Below, piece by piece: positions 1-13,359 of a stretch of 64,000 bases of DNA. The first letter of the stretch is position 1. Every line of letters begins with the position of its first letter. This DNA is from Cyanophora paradoxa CCMP329. Taxonomy: Eukaryota; Plantae; Glaucophyta. Under the pieces are notes generated by a model. It had not been told where the DNA came from. It did no database searches and saw only the letters and a list, made by a program, of their open reading frames with translations. The DNA lies in contig QPMI01000615.1 of the NCBI GenBank assembly GCA_004431415.1, positions 124,001 to 188,000 of the forward strand, in the 5' to 3' direction. A program made the position numbers and the translations under genes.

Positions 1-69
1 GCGAGGCTAGCGGCGCCTAGCGCTAGTATGAACATGTTCTAGCTATAGCTTTGTATACGTACCTGGTAG

Positions 70-3000
70 CTAGCTGCCGGGATTCGGATCCGGATCGAGG
101 CGGGAGGCGCTGACGCCGGCGCCAGCCCTGGCCATGCTGCGGAACGCGGCGAAGGGGTCCTGCCGGTAGCCCGCCCCGCGGCCGGGGGGCGGCTGCGACG
201 CGGCTGCCGCCGGGCCCGGGGCCGGTGCATCCAAGTCGAAGCTCTCCCAGGGGTCCTCGCCCGGCTCCTGCCCGTGGGGCCCAGATGCAGGTCTGGAGGC
301 CGAGAAGGGCGGCGGCGGGTTGCCCGCCTCGAGCTCGCCGCGGGCCACCAGGGAGGGCGAGGGCGAGGGCGAGGGGGGCGCGCTGCGCTCCTTCTTGACG
401 ACCGCAGGTGGGGCACCGTCCGGCGCGGCGGCGCTTGACGAGCAGATGCCGGCCGATCGCAAGGCGCCGGGAGGGGGCTGCGCGGCAGGCCCCGGCCCGG
501 CGCAGGTGGCGGGAGAGGCGACGGCGGCAGGGAAAGCGCGCGGGGAGGCGTGGGACGTATCTATCGACGGTGCACGGAACGCCGGCCGCGGCCAGGAGAC
601 GGAGACGGGCCCGCCAGAGGGGCCGGCGGGGGCGGGGGCGGAAGGGGGCGACGCGGAGGCGGGACCCCCCCCGGAGGCGGCGAGGGGGTTCGGGGCGGCG
701 GTGGGGGCGGCCGAAGGTGGGCGGGGGCCAGCGGGTTCGGCGGGGCCAGCGCCGCCGAGCGGTCGGGGGCGGAAAGGGCCCGGGGGGGGGCCGGCGCTCC
801 CCAGGAGCCGCGAGGAGCGGCGAGGGGATTTGGCGGGGCGGCAGGCGGCGCGCCCAAGGCAGGCGGGGGTGCGCGGAAGGCTCGGGGAGGCGCGAAGGGA
901 TTCGAGGGGGACGGGAGCCCCAAGGCGGGCCGGGCGCCGAACGGGGTGGGCGCGGGGCCTGGGGCAGGCGGCGGAGGGGCGGCGAAGGGGTTGGCGGGGG
1001 CCCCGAAGGGCCGGAGGGCGGGGACCGGGCCGGCGGAGGCCGGCGGAGGGGAAGGGCGGCTCGGCGGGACGGAAGGGAAGGCCGATGGCGCGGCGGGCCG
1101 AGCGTGGGCGGGAGGATCTGCGGCCCGGGCCGCCGCGGGGGCCGGCGCGGGGCCGCGGGGCCGGGCAGGGGCCCGGGGGCGCGGCCGGAGAGGCTGCGAG
1201 GCCGGGGCCCTCCGCGGGCTGGACGGGGCGGGAAGGCCCCAGGGGGCGACGGGCGGCGCGGGCGCGGAGGCGGCGCCGGCCCCTGCCCCGTCCTCCGCCT
1301 TGACCCGCTTCGCAGGCGGCGCCCGGACCGCCTCGCCGTCAGGGCCGGGGGCGGGTGCTTGGAAAGAGGGTTGGACGGGGGAGAAGGAGACTTCCGAGTC
1401 AGGCCGGCACCGAAAGAAGCGCTGCGGGCGGAACCCGTCGGGGTCAGAGGCGGCGGGGTATCGGCATCCGCGGCCGGGGCAGGGCACCGAGGGCCACGGG
1501 GGGTCGTCGAAGGATGCTGGCCCCGGGGCGCCCGAGCCGCGCACGCTGGCGAAGGCCTGCGGGGGCCGCCGTTGAGGCGCAGCGGGGCGGGGCGGGCGGG
1601 GCGGGGGGCGCGGGGGCGGACGATGACGGCGGGGTCGACACCCTCGGCCTCGGCGGCGTTGGCGGCGGCCTCGTCGAACGGCCCCGCGTCGCCCCCGGCG
1701 AGGGCGCCCCACACCGTCCGCAGCCGCTGCCGCTGCGCCACGTCGGGCCCCTCGCAGAGGCCCGCCAGCTCCCGGTAGGCGCCCCCGGGGGTCCCCCCTG
1801 CCGCCCCCGGTCAGTCCAGATGATACGTGGCTCGCTCGAGGCGGGCGGGGGCCGGGAGCGGGCGGACGGGGGCGGGGCGGGGCCCTCGGCGGACTGGAGG
1901 GCGAGCTCGTGGAGGGCGATGGCGACCGCCGCGTCGCTCGCCAGCACCCGCCGCCGCAGCAGCAGCCGCGCGTGCGCTGCCCCCGCCCCGCCCGCCCCGC
2001 CTCGGCTCCATCCCCGCAGGCGCCAGCGGGGCGGGGCGGGCGGGGCGGACCCTCGGCGAGGCGGAGGAGGGACTCGAGGAGGCGCGGCGTCGTGCGCGCC
2101 TCGTCTGCCGGGGGGCGGCTCAGGAAGCGGAGGCGGGGGACGCGGGGCCCCGGCGGGGCGAGCACCGCCGGGGACGACCGCCTCGTTCTCGCGCACGCGC
2201 CGCCAGTACCACTGCAGCAGCCGCTCCGCCTGCCGCCCCCGGCCCGCGCTCAGCACGCCCCGAGCGCGAGGGGCGCGGCCGCGCGGCCGGCACCTGCTCG
2301 CAGGCCGGGTCCCCTCGAGCACCGCCGGCCGGCACGCCCGCCTCGCGAACTGCCGCCCCGGCCGCCCCGCACCTCCGTAAGCTCGCAGGCCAGTCGGAGG
2401 CGGGGGCGGGAGAGGGGAAAAGGGGCGGGGGAGGGTACGAGGCACCTGGAGGTAGGCGCGGAGGCGCGGGGCGTCCCAGAGCTCCTCCCCGGGGAGGGGC
2501 GGCCCGAGCGCCGCCGCTGCCGCCTGCGCGCCCGCGGCCCGCCCCGCCACCCGGCTGTCCCCCGCCGCGTTCTGCCCCCCCGCGCTCGACGATGAGGGCG
2601 GCCTGGGGCCGGGTGGGGCGGGGGCGGGGGCCTGGGCGAGGGAGAAGGCGGCGCGGCGGGCGTCGAGCTCGGGGTCCCGCGCGTCCCGCAGCAGCTGCCG
2701 CGCGCAGCGGGCGGCGGTGGGCGGCCAGAGGCAGAGGAGGTCGGGCCAGGGGCACCAGGATGACGTCGAAGCGCGAGACGAGGGGCCCCGAGAGGCGCAG
2801 GTTCCCCGCCACGCTCCTGCACCCCGCACCCGCCCCTCGGCGCCGTGCGCGGGGGCTTGGGGAGGGGGCGGCCCACTTGGAGGGGTCCCAGCCGGTGCCG
2901 CGCGGGTTCATCGCCGCGAGGATCGACCTGCCGGGGCCCGCGCTCGGCGCCGCGCCCTCCAGCGCCGGGCCCGTTCCGGGCGGGTCGGACGCGCGCACGT

Positions 3001-5381
3001 GCGGGCGGGCAGGGAGCGCGTCATGCCGGCCTGCGGGGCGGCGCGTGAGGCGCGGGCCGGCGCGGGCCCCCGTGGGGCGCGGCGCGCCTTCGCGAGGGAG
3101 ATGGTCTGCTGCTCCATCGCCTCAAGGAGGGCCTGTGGGGCGGTGAGGGGCCGGGCTGGGGCGGGGCGGGGCGGGGGCGTGCGGGCCTTCTCGGCGTCGG
3201 GGCGGATGGAGGCGAACTCGTCGATGCAGCAGAGGCCGCCGTCGGCCAGCACCAGCGCCCCCGCCTCCAGGTGCGCCCGCCCTGCCCGCCCCGCCCCAGC
3301 AGGGGTCGGCGGCCCGGCTCGCGCCCTCCCCGCCGCGGGGCGCACCGCGCTCGTCGCGGGCGACGGCGGCGGTGAGGCCGGCGACGGAGGAGCCGACGCC
3401 CGTCGTGAAGACGGCGCGCGCCGCCAGCCGCGCCGCGTACTTCAGCAGCTGCGCGGGGCGCGGCGCGCGCCACGTGAGCGCGGCGCCGCCTTGGCCGCGC
3501 GCGAGGCCCGTCTTCGCCCCGGGGCTCTCCAGCGCGCACCTGCGACTTGCCCGTGCCGGGGTCCCCCACGAGGAGGAGGTGCGGGCTGCCCCGCGACACC
3601 GCCCCGCCCTCGCCCCGCCGCTCCACGCCCCCCGCCAGCGTCAGCAGCACCGCCAGCTTCTCCAGCTGCGGGGCACGCGTTGCTCGCGCTTCCTCGCGTC
3701 GCCCCAGGCGGCTCGAGGGGTACCTCCATGTCGCACAGCTGAGGGCAGAGCGAGCGCACGAGGTGGTTCCTCGCTGCCCCGCCCCTGAGACGACCCAGGA
3801 AAAGAGGGAAGCGGAAGGGAGGGGGGTACCGGCGAGAGGCTCCTCCGCGTGGCGGCGCCAGAAGCGAACGAAGTCGCGCTGCGCCTCATCCCCCGTGTAC
3901 GCGTCCTCCTGTGCCCCCGAGCAAGTCAACGCCAAACCGGACCTGAGCCGAGCGGGGCCCGAGCGCACGGGGCCGGGGCCCTGGGCGGCGCGGCGGACGA
4001 TGGAGCTGGCGAGAATGTAGAGCGACACGGGCTCCCGCCGCCCCGCCTTCGGCTGCGCGGCAGGGGTCAACGCCGCCGGCCGCCTTCCGCTTTCCGGCGG
4101 GGTACAGCTTACGCGGGAGGAGGGCCAGCGGAGGCGGACAGTACCCACGACGGCCACGTCGTCCCCGGGCTGCCAGCGGGGATGCGCGTCAGCGGCGCTC
4201 CCTCGGGCCGCCCTGAGCAAGCGGCAGGGGTGGAGGCGTAGGGCTCCCGGCGCTCGCCTTGGCGCAGTCGATGAGGTCATCGAGGAGGAGGGCGGGCATG
4301 GAGCGGGGCACGTTGCCCATGCCCAGCTTCTGCGCCTCGTCCATTAACCGCACCTCCTGCCGGCCGCGAGCAGCGTGAGCGACGGGGAACGAGAGCCGGC
4401 GCGCGGGGCGGAGAGGGGGCGGGAAGGGATGGGCGCCTGGACGTCCTGGTACTGCACGTGGCCGGCGGTGTCGTGCTTGAACTTGTTCGACGTGCAGTTC
4501 GTCGTCGCGTGCGACGGGCAGACCTCCGGCATGATGAACTCGTTCTGCGCACGCGCAGGCGCGCCCGGCACGCCCGCGTGAGGAGGCATGCTGGATCGAG
4601 CGGTCATGGTGGTGCGCACGTTCACGTCGAGATCTGCCTGCAGCTGCACGTGTACGAACGCGCGTGAGGAAGGTCAGCCGGGGGCGCGGTCGTGCCGGCC
4701 AGCGCGCGCAGAGGGGACGGGACGGCTCGTGTCGCGCACCTCAAAGCGGTAGTTGCACTCCTTCTTCTCGCATCGAAAGCCGCGCCGCCACTCGACGGTG
4801 AGCGGCTCGCCCACGCGCATGAGGGTCCCGTGTACGCAGACGAGCCTGCCCTTGTCTTGCGACCGCACGGCGCTCACCGTCTCCCGGTGGCAGTCATACG
4901 AGCGCGGGAGGTCCCGCAGGCGCACGCGGAGGTGTTGCTTCACGCGCCAGTCGAAGCACGCCTTCGAGTTCGTCCCGTCCTTCGTCTCAGCGTCGAACAG
5001 CCGGCGCTGGGCCTGCGCCGGGGAGCGAGCGATGAGATACGAACGTATGCAACCGCATATCATCGCTCGCCTCCATGAGCGCATGCTGCAGACGCTCGGT
5101 CATCGCCTCCGGCTCGGCGAAGAGCGTTCGTGAGGCCGCCTCGTCGTGCGCGTGCAGGGCCTCCACGCTGCAGGCCCGAGAAAAGCGCACTCAGAGCCGC
5201 GCTGGGTCACTTGATCTTACGGCGCGCACCTCACGGGGATGCCGTAGGGCTTGATCGGGTCGGCGGCCTCGAGCGCGTGCTCCAGCGCCCCGCGGCATTG
5301 GTCCTCGCAGAATTCGATCAGTGATCGCTGCAGATCGTCCAGAGGCGGCTGCCTGGGCCCCGGAGGGCCCGGACCCGCCAT
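70..5381 (-). CDS. MCM9: MCM8/9-family helicase, most likely MCM9 (multi-exon, long Pro-rich C-terminal tail)
   Basis: Spliced motifs: [26 protein letters not shown] (Walker A), [19 protein letters not shown] (Walker B), [37 protein letters not shown] (Arg finger), [14 protein letters not shown]; Zn-finger [10 protein letters not shown]...CP...CTS. ATG at 5381 (MAGPGPPG...). The 3' end is less certain. Confidence 0.85.
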
Positions 5382-5466
5382 TTCTTCCGCGTACCCCTGC
5401 TGTCAAGAGTGACTCTCGAGCTCTTGCGCTAACAGCTGCAGTGGGCAGCTAGGCCGCCTCAACAGA

Positions 5467-8400
5467 ATGTTTAGCGGCGCCGCGCTTGCCGCCCCGCCGG
5501 TCCTGCGCTGGGGAGGCAGCGCGGCGCTCGAGCCAGCGACTGTCCGGCAGTGCGTGCCCCGGAGGCGGGCGCGGCCAAGCGCCGCGGGCGCAAGCGCTTC
5601 GGCATTCTTCGGGAGACCACAGGCCCTGCGTTGGCAGGTCGCTTCCGGGCTCCCGCACCGTAGGCCGCTCGCAAGGCGACCTGCGCCCGGTGCGCATTCT
5701 GCAGGGGCTCCCTTCGCGCGCAGATCGCTCAGAATGCATCAGTTGCACCTCTGCGCGCGGCAGCGGACGGATCGGCTTCGCTGGAGGCGGCTGCAAATGC
5801 GGCGGAGGCTCCCAGCGAAAATTGCGATGCGGAGGCGGCGGGCGAGGGCGGCGACCCGGCAGGCGAAGTGCGGTTGCAGACGGCGAGGGAGGTGGCGGAG
5901 CTCGGCAGCGAGGGCCAGAAGGTGTTGCGGGAGCTCCAGGAGACGATGCATCGGATTTCGAAGGAGGTGGCGACCGGGCGGGCGTCGCGCCTGCTAATAG
6001 GCGACCTTCTCATCCACGGCGAGCTTGGAATCTGTGCGCCGCGCATTCCCGCTTCCCCGACCTGCCACGGCCCCGCGCCGTTCTCAGCCGCGGCGCGTGA
6101 CTCGAATTCGCAGGCCGCCTGGAGGGCCTGGTGCGGAGGCGGCCGGAGGGGGCCCCAGCGGACGCGGAGAAGGAGCCGTACTACAAGCTCGAGTTCGCGG
6201 ACGGTGCGCACCTCCCGCCAGGCGGCCCCCGGGCGGCCAGTCGGCGCGAGCGAGCCCCGCGCGCAGGCGTCCACTACGAGTCGGCGGAGCGCGTGAAGCG
6301 CAGCGGGGGCTCCCTCCTCTCACGCTACATCGGCATTGAGGCCCGTGGATCGCCCCTCCTCCGCTGTCCCCGCCCCGCCCCCTCTGAGGGCGGCGCAGGG
6401 GCGGAAGGAGCGGCTCGACCGGCTGGCGAAGAAGGGCGGCGGCTTCACGAAGCGCAAGAAGCAGGCGCAGGCGGCCGCCGAGCGCCTCGCCCGCGACATC
6501 GTCCGCCGCGTCGCCGTCCGCCCGCCCGCGCCCCGCGCCCCGCGCCGCACACCCCCCCGCCTCTGACGCGGCGGGCGGGCAGGCGCGGCTGAGCCTGCGG
6601 CGGGAGCCGTGCCCGGCGGACGGGCCCCGGCAGAGGGCCTTCGAGGAGGCGTTCCCGTGGGAGCCGACGCCGTGCCAGGAGCGGGCGTTCGGGGACGTGC
6701 GGGGGGACATGTGCGAGGTGGCGCGCCCCATGGACCGCCTCATCTGCGGCGACGTCGGCTTCGGCAAGGTCCCGCCCGGCGCCCGCCCGCCCCCGCCCCG
6801 CCCCCGCCGCCCCCTGCAGTCCCGCCTCACCGCCCGCCGGCGCCAGACGGAGGTGGCGCTGCGGGCCGCCTTCCGCGCCGTCGAGGCCGGCCGCCAGGTC
6901 CCCGCCCCGCACCTCAAGCCCCGCTGGGCCATTTCTGAGCCGCCTGGGCCGGGCAGGTGGCGATCCTGGCGCCGACGACGGTGCTGGCGCGGCAGCACTT
7001 CGAGAAGATGGCCCCCGTCGAGGGCGCCGCCGCCGGGCCCGACGCCGTCGACCGGCGCGCGCCCCCCGCGCGCCGACACACAGCGGCGGGGCCTGACCTC
7101 CCCGCAGCTTCTCGCGCTTCGGGGTGCGGGTGGCGCTCCTCACGAGCCACCAGAAGCGCAGCGAGCGCGCCGAGATCCTCCGGCGCGCACTCCCCCGCCG
7201 GCACCGCCGGGGCCGCCCTCGAGCGGGGCGGGGGCGCAGGGGCCTGGCTAGCGGGGAGGTGCAGGTGGTGGTCGGCACCAGCTCCATCCTCTCCGACAAG
7301 GCTCGCCCGCCCGCCCGCCCGCCGGCCCGCCGGCCCGGGCGGGGGCGTGCCTGGCGGGGGGCGGCGGGTGACGGGGGGCCGGGGCGGCGGCAGGTCGTCT
7401 TCGCGCGCCTCGGGCTCCTCATCTGCGACGAGGAGCAGCGCTTCGGGTCCGAGCCCCGCCCCGACTCCGCCTCGCCCGACCTCATCCGATCGGGCGTCGG
7501 GGGCCTCGCGCAGCGTCGAGCAGAAGGAGAAGCTCAAGTGCGCTGCCCTTCCTCCCCCGCCCCCTCTCACTGAACGCGGACGACCGCGCAGGGCGATGCG
7601 GCACGGGCTGGACGTGCTGACGATGAGCGCGACGCCCATCCCGCGCACCCTCACCTTCGCCCTGGCGCGCCCCGCCCCTCCGCCTCCGCATCCCGCCCCC
7701 TCGCGCCTCTCCCAGTGACGGGGGACGCCGCAGTACGGGAAGCAGGAGGTGACGCTCATCCGGACGCCCCCGGCCGGCCGCCGCGACGTCCTCACCGCCG
7801 TCGGCGAGGTGCCTACCTCGCCCCGCCCCCGCCTGCACCTCGGGCGGGGGCGAGCGGCGGGGCGGATGGCGCAGTTCAACGAGGAGGAGGCGCGGACGGC
7901 GCTCGAGCTCGAGCTCGCCCGCGGCGGCCAGGTCTTCTGGGTCGTCGCCAAGGTGCCCTATGGATCCGATGCCCTCCGCTGAGCTCCCCTGAGACGTCCT
8001 CGTCGCCCTGCGGAGGTGGCGGAGCTGGCCGGGGCGGTGGAGACGGTGGGGCGGCTCTGCCCGGCGGCCCGCGTGCTCGCCGCCCACGGCCGCACCGAGC
8101 GCCTCGAGGAGCAGATGGCGCGCCCCCGGCGCCCCGCCCCGCCCGCCCCTCCGCCGTCCCCGCCCTCACCCCTCGCCCGCAGGACGCGTTCAGGCGGGGC
8201 GAGGCCGACGTGCTGGTGCGCGGCGGCGGCCCCTCCCCCCCCCCCCCCCCCCCCCCCCTCTCGAGGGGGGCCTGACCGCGGGCCCCGCGGGCAGGTGTGC
8301 ACGTCGATAATCGAGAGCGGCATCGACGTCCCCTCCGCCAACACCATCGTCATCGCCGTCCGCCCCGCCCCGCCCCCCCCCCCCCCCCCCCGGGCCCGAC

Positions 8401-10011
8401 GGGGTGCGGGCAGAGCGGGGAGCACTTCGGGCTCGCGTCCCTCTACCAGCTGCGCGGCCGCGTCGGCCGCTCCACCCGCCAGGCCCGCCCCCGCCCCGCC
8501 CCGCCCCTCGCCCTGCGCGCAACGCTAATCCCTGTCGGCGCAGGCGTACTGCTACATCTACGTGCGGCCGGGCTCCCTCCAGCGGCCCGAGACCCGCCAG
8601 GCGCGCCTGCGCCCGCCCCGCGACCTCGCCGCCGCCCCACACGCGCGGGGCAGCGGCTGCACGAGATCGAGCGGCACACGCACCTGGGGGACGGGTACGA
8701 CCTCGCGATGGCGGACCTCGCCATCCGCGGCGCCGGCAACCTCGTCGGCAAGGAGCAGGTCGGATCGGTTCTGATCCCATCCGATCCGGCCTTTCCGCGC
8801 CGACGCGCCGCCTCGCCCGCCGCCCGCCGCAGTCGGGGCACATGCACAGCGTCGGGCAGGAGGCCTTCGCCCGCGTGCGCGCCCCCCGCGCCCCCCGCCC
8901 CGCCCGTGCTCAGGCGGGCGGCAGCTGGTGCGGGAGGCGCTGGCGGCGGTGCAGGCGGCCTCCTCCTTCACCCCGACCGAGTACTGCTCGGCGCGTCCAC
9001 CCACCCTCCCTCGAGTGCCCCTCTTTGCGACGGGGAGGCGGGCAGGTGGAGATCCCGGGGCTGGGGGCGGGCCTGCCGGCGGCCTACGCCGGGGACGAGC
9101 GCGACGCGATCCTCGACCTCGTCGACTCGGTGCCGCATCGCCACCCGCCAGCGCGCCCCCAGCGCGAGGAGGGGGGGGGCGCTGGAGCGTGGCGGGGCGC
9201 AGGCGGCGACGGCGGGGGAGGTGGACGCGCTGCTCGCCCACCTCGCGCAGCGCCGCGGGCCGCCCCCCGAGGTCCCCGCCGCCCCCTCCCTCCCTCCCCG
9301 CCCCGCCGCCCGCCCGGCTGAGCGGCGCGCGGGGCGGGGCCAGGCGGTGGAGGACCTGTTCGGGGCGGAGCGGCTGGCGCGCCACGCCCGCGCCCTCGGC
9401 GTCGCCCGCATCGCCTGGGACCCCGTCCGCCCCCCGCCGCCCCCGGCCCCTCCCCCCTTCGCCTTCTCCGGGCTGAGCCGCCCGGCACGGCCCGGCCTTG
9501 GACGCAGATGGCGGTGCGCGTGGGCCTCAAGCGCGACCTCACGCCCCTCGAGCGCGAGGGCGGCTGGCGCGTGGCCCGCCCTCCTCCGAGCCCCGTGTGC
9601 CCCCTGACGCCGCCTGCGGCCCTGCCGCAGGTTCACGCTGCACGCGCCCTCCCTTAACTCCGCCGGCTTCAAGTACCTCCAGGCGGGCCCCCCCGCCTCG
9701 TCTCTGCCCCCTCCCGCCTCATCCCCCCGGGGCAGAGGGTGGCGTCCGAGGTGGAGCCGGGGGTGGGGCTGGAGCACTACCCGGGCGAGGGCACGCTCTC
9801 GCTGACGGGGCTCGGCAAGCCGCGGCCCCCGCACGCGCAGCTCCGCTCCCTCGAGCGCCTCTTCGGTGCGGCCCCGGCCCCTGAGCCTCCCCGCCGGCCC
9901 CTCTGAGCGGGCGGCGCGCGGGCAGCGGCGGTGGCCGAGTCGGTGGAGAGCGACCGGAGGGCCGCCCTCGAGGCCGGCGACGCGCCCCCGCAGGCCCGCC
10001 CCGACCCCTAG
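5467..10011 (+). CDS. mfd: Transcription-repair coupling factor (Mfd/TRCF)-like SF2 helicase, probably plastid-targeted
   Basis: CarD/RID-like [10 protein letters not shown]...YYKLEFADG; FPWEPTPCQ; [23 protein letters not shown]; [13 protein letters not shown]; [10 protein letters not shown]; [13 protein letters not shown]; [17 protein letters not shown]; [16 protein letters not shown]; [21 protein letters not shown]. No UvrB-homology N-terminus is visible. Confidence 0.9.
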
Positions 10012-10208
10012 CTAGAGCACCTCTCGCTTCCAAGGCAGCGGAAAAGAGAGGAGAAGCCGGCGCGCCGGGCCGGGGGCAGAGCATGCGATGAGACGGGCCC
10101 CGGGGGTCGTAGCAAGAAGCGATAATTTTGTGAGGAAGAAAGCGAGGGTGCCTTCCCGCGTTTCCAGTTTACAGTGAACATTGATAGGGCGCGAGAGCGC
10201 ACGGAGCT

Positions 10209-12376
10209 TCAGAGGGCCTTCGATGCGGCGTCGCGCCCCTTGAGGGCCCTGTGGCGGGGAGCGGAGACGGTCAGCAGGCGGCTTGCGTGGGCCCGGGCCG
10301 CGCTCGAGGTAGCGGGGCGCACTCGAGGGGGGGCGCTCACGCGTGGTCCCAGCGGGCGTCCGACAGGCTGCACTCCTGCGCCCTCGAGGGGGGCGCGTCA
10401 GCGCCGGGCGGGAGTCGGCGAGGGCGCGCAGGGCGGCGGGCCTTCTTGAGGTCGGGGACCCAGGCGTTGACGAGGGCGCGGAAGCGCTCGAGGGGGCAGG
10501 GGGAGGCGCCCGCGCAGCCCGGCGGGTCCAGCGCCTTCCCGTTGTAGCTGCTCCGCACGAACACCTCGCCCGCTGCCGGGCCGGCGCATCGGCTCAGCTG
10601 GGGGAGGGCGCAGCTTCGGGTCTCGCGCGCACATTTCCGGTCCCGCAGCGTTTCGAAGACGATCTGCAGCGGGGGAGCAATGGTGGGGCGGGGGCGCGGG
10701 GGCGGCGCGGGGGCGGGGCCGCACGTTGGAGGCGTACGGGGGCCAGGAGCGGTCCCAGACGCCGAGGATCTCGAGGATGGGGAAGACGGTGGAGTCGTGG
10801 GCCGAGAAGAGGGCGAAGCGGTGCCCGTGGCGCGCCTCCAGCGCCGCCTTCTGCTGCTCCAGGAGCTCCCCCATGAAGGGGCCCAGCCTGCCCTCCCCCC
10901 TCAGCGCCCGGCAAGGGGGGAGCGCAGGCGGGCGCGGGGCACGCGCCCGTAGCGGATGGCATCGGGGTGTGCTAGGGATGCGTAGGCCTGCCAGTGCCCG
11001 GCGTGCTGCAGCCGCCGCTTCAGGTCCTGCGGGGCGCCTCAGCGGCGAGCGCGCAGGGGCGAGGAGGCGGGGCGAGGGGGCGCGGGCGCGCGTCGGGAAT
11101 GTGTGCGAGGGGCTCCCCGTGGTGCGCGTGGCATACGATCGCGTCATGCAATACTGCACCCTGCCGCCTCAGAGCGGGCGAGCGGGGCCGGGGGTGCGGT
11201 CGGCCCTCGCGTACCCAGCACGTCCGGCAGGTTCTACCGAGAAGGCTGGTGAGCGGGCGAAGAGGGGCGCCAGGGGCGCGGGGGGGAAGGTTCACCTCGA
11301 CCGGCTCGCCGACGATCTTCGAGAGCTCCTCCCTCAGCGCGTCCGCCTGCCGAGGGGCACGGGCTAAACGGTTGCCGGGGGAAGTCAGGCGGGAGAGAGG
11401 GGTACCTCCTTCTTTCGCTGGCGGTACTCGTCGCTCTTTTTGATCGCGCGCAGCGTGTCCTCGAGCCTCGCGCACAGCTGCGTTGGGGGTGCTGGATTCA
11501 GCATCGGGCCCGGTGCGGGCGGTCGGGGAAGGGGGGTACCTTGGTGTTCATCCAGAGCGTCTCGCGCGCTGCGGGGCGCCCCGTCGACGGGCAGGGGAAA
11601 GGAGGGGGGGGGGGGGGGGGGGGGGGGGAGCCGAGCGGCGCGGAGGTCGTACCCTCCTCGAGCATGTGGATGGGGATCGGGGGAAGGCCGGATGGGCGAG
11701 TCGAGGGTGGGTACAGGCCGTGAAGGAGACTCTGGGCGCTCTCGATCGTCCGCGGCACGTCCGTCGATCTTATCTGAGCGCGCGTCGGCGGCGGCGGGCG
11801 CTGGCCGCGGGCCGCGGCGGGCCGCGACTCACGTAGAGGAGCGACGGGTCCATGACGGGCGGCAGGAAGCCGCGCTCGACGTACTCCCTGCGGAAGCGTG
11901 CGCCCAGCGCGCGGTGCTCCTCGACGCCCTTCAGCGTCAGCTGCCCGCTGTGGCACGTCCCTGGCAAACGCTGTCTTCCCTCGATGTACGCCTTGCGGTA
12001 CACGGAACCCGCCGAGCCATCGGCCAGAATGTCCTGCGCGTGTGTGTGGCGTGCGCGTCACGCGCCGTTCCCCGGTGGCGCGCGCGCGCTGTCAGTCGAC
12101 CCCCACCTGGACCTCGGACGCAGTCGCCGCCGACGCTAGAAGTCGGTGCACGTTCGTGCAGTCCCACTGCTTGGGCGAGGAGGGCAGCGGTCTCAGCGGC
12201 GTGCGGTCTCCGTGCCTGGTCACGACTTGCACGAAGACGAGGTCCAGCCCGTCAGGATCCTGGAGAGGCCGAGGCGACGCGCCGCTTGAGCCCCGCGCCT
12301 CCGCAACGGCCGCGCTCGCCCCGGCTGCCGTGCCCGCCGCGACCGTCGCAGAGAGCAGCGCGGCGACACGCCTCAT
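10209..12376 (-). CDS. Histidine acid phosphatase (ACP6/lysophosphatidic acid phosphatase-like)
   Basis: VFVQVVTRHGDRTP catalytic motif, GQLTLKG, IRSTDVPRTIESAQSLLHGLYP, LFSAHDSTV, WPPYASN, CPLERF. Confidence 0.85.
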
Positions 12377-13359
12377 CGCCGGCTGCCGCGATGCAATTGC
12401 AACAAGCTTGAATTGAGCTCAATTGAATTCGAAGCTGGCAAGCAGCTCTGGGGGGTACTCCCAATGTTGATTATGGCCCTGAAGTTGCAGCTGTGCGAGC
12501 TAGCCCTTCCCCACATTGTCTTCCCGTACGCGCGTTGCGAGCTCGGCAGAAGGGCACAACATTATTATTTTGCTGTACAGGCAGAGGAGCACGCGGCGCT
12601 ATCGTAAAAACCACCTGACACTAGGCTAGGTTACAAGAAGATGACTCACAATGGAAGCCGGTGACGAAAACCAGTTGAAAAGGTGTCAGCACGGCCTGCA
12701 AGCACATATGAGCTACTTGAAAGACTCTGTTTTCACAGAGTCCTGCTGTTACGATCAACTGAATCGAATGCTGTGAATATATAGAAGAAACTTCTGATCT
12801 GCTGATGTGACTACTACTGCTTGCCAGAAATGGCACAAAATTGAGACTGACACCTCGCGAAATTTGATATAAGATACAGAAACGAGGTGCCAGCCATGGA
12901 AGTCCGACAGATCTGAGCCCTACAGAGATGCACACCTGCAACACTTAACCTGAAGACGAGGAGGGGGGCGAGTAGTAATACACGAGGACATCAAATGCGA
13001 TGGGCGACTGGCGACTGAAAACCAAGTAACCCAAGATCACCCGGGAAACACTGCAACAAAAACGAACTACAGGGGGTTTGCAGCGGAGAGAGAGAGCAAG
13101 AATAAAGAAACTGCATGCCACAAGAAACAGCATTGCACTGTAGGAGGACCCTCACGAGCTATGTACAGAAAGAGCTAGCTGGTAATCTACGGTAGTCAAA
13201 CTTAACATCTGAGGGGACACTGCTTCCTGATCAAAATGAACTGCCCCATGGCAAGGTTTGTACCCAAAGAAATAGAATAGTAACAGAAAGACGCCTAGAG
13301 GGCGTGACGGCGGCTCGGCGTGAGCCTCACGTCAACTGCAGACGGCCGGCGGCGGCCGA

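Noticed and set aside
1-12400. Many long overlapping Pro/Arg/Gly/Ala-rich ORFs on both strands (also 56800-62800)
   Set aside because: They result from extreme GC content and read-through of introns. The real genes are spliced and account for the conserved motifs.
12420-13290. Lower-GC interval with splice-like signals as a small gene
   Set aside because: Only short open frames with no recognisable domain.
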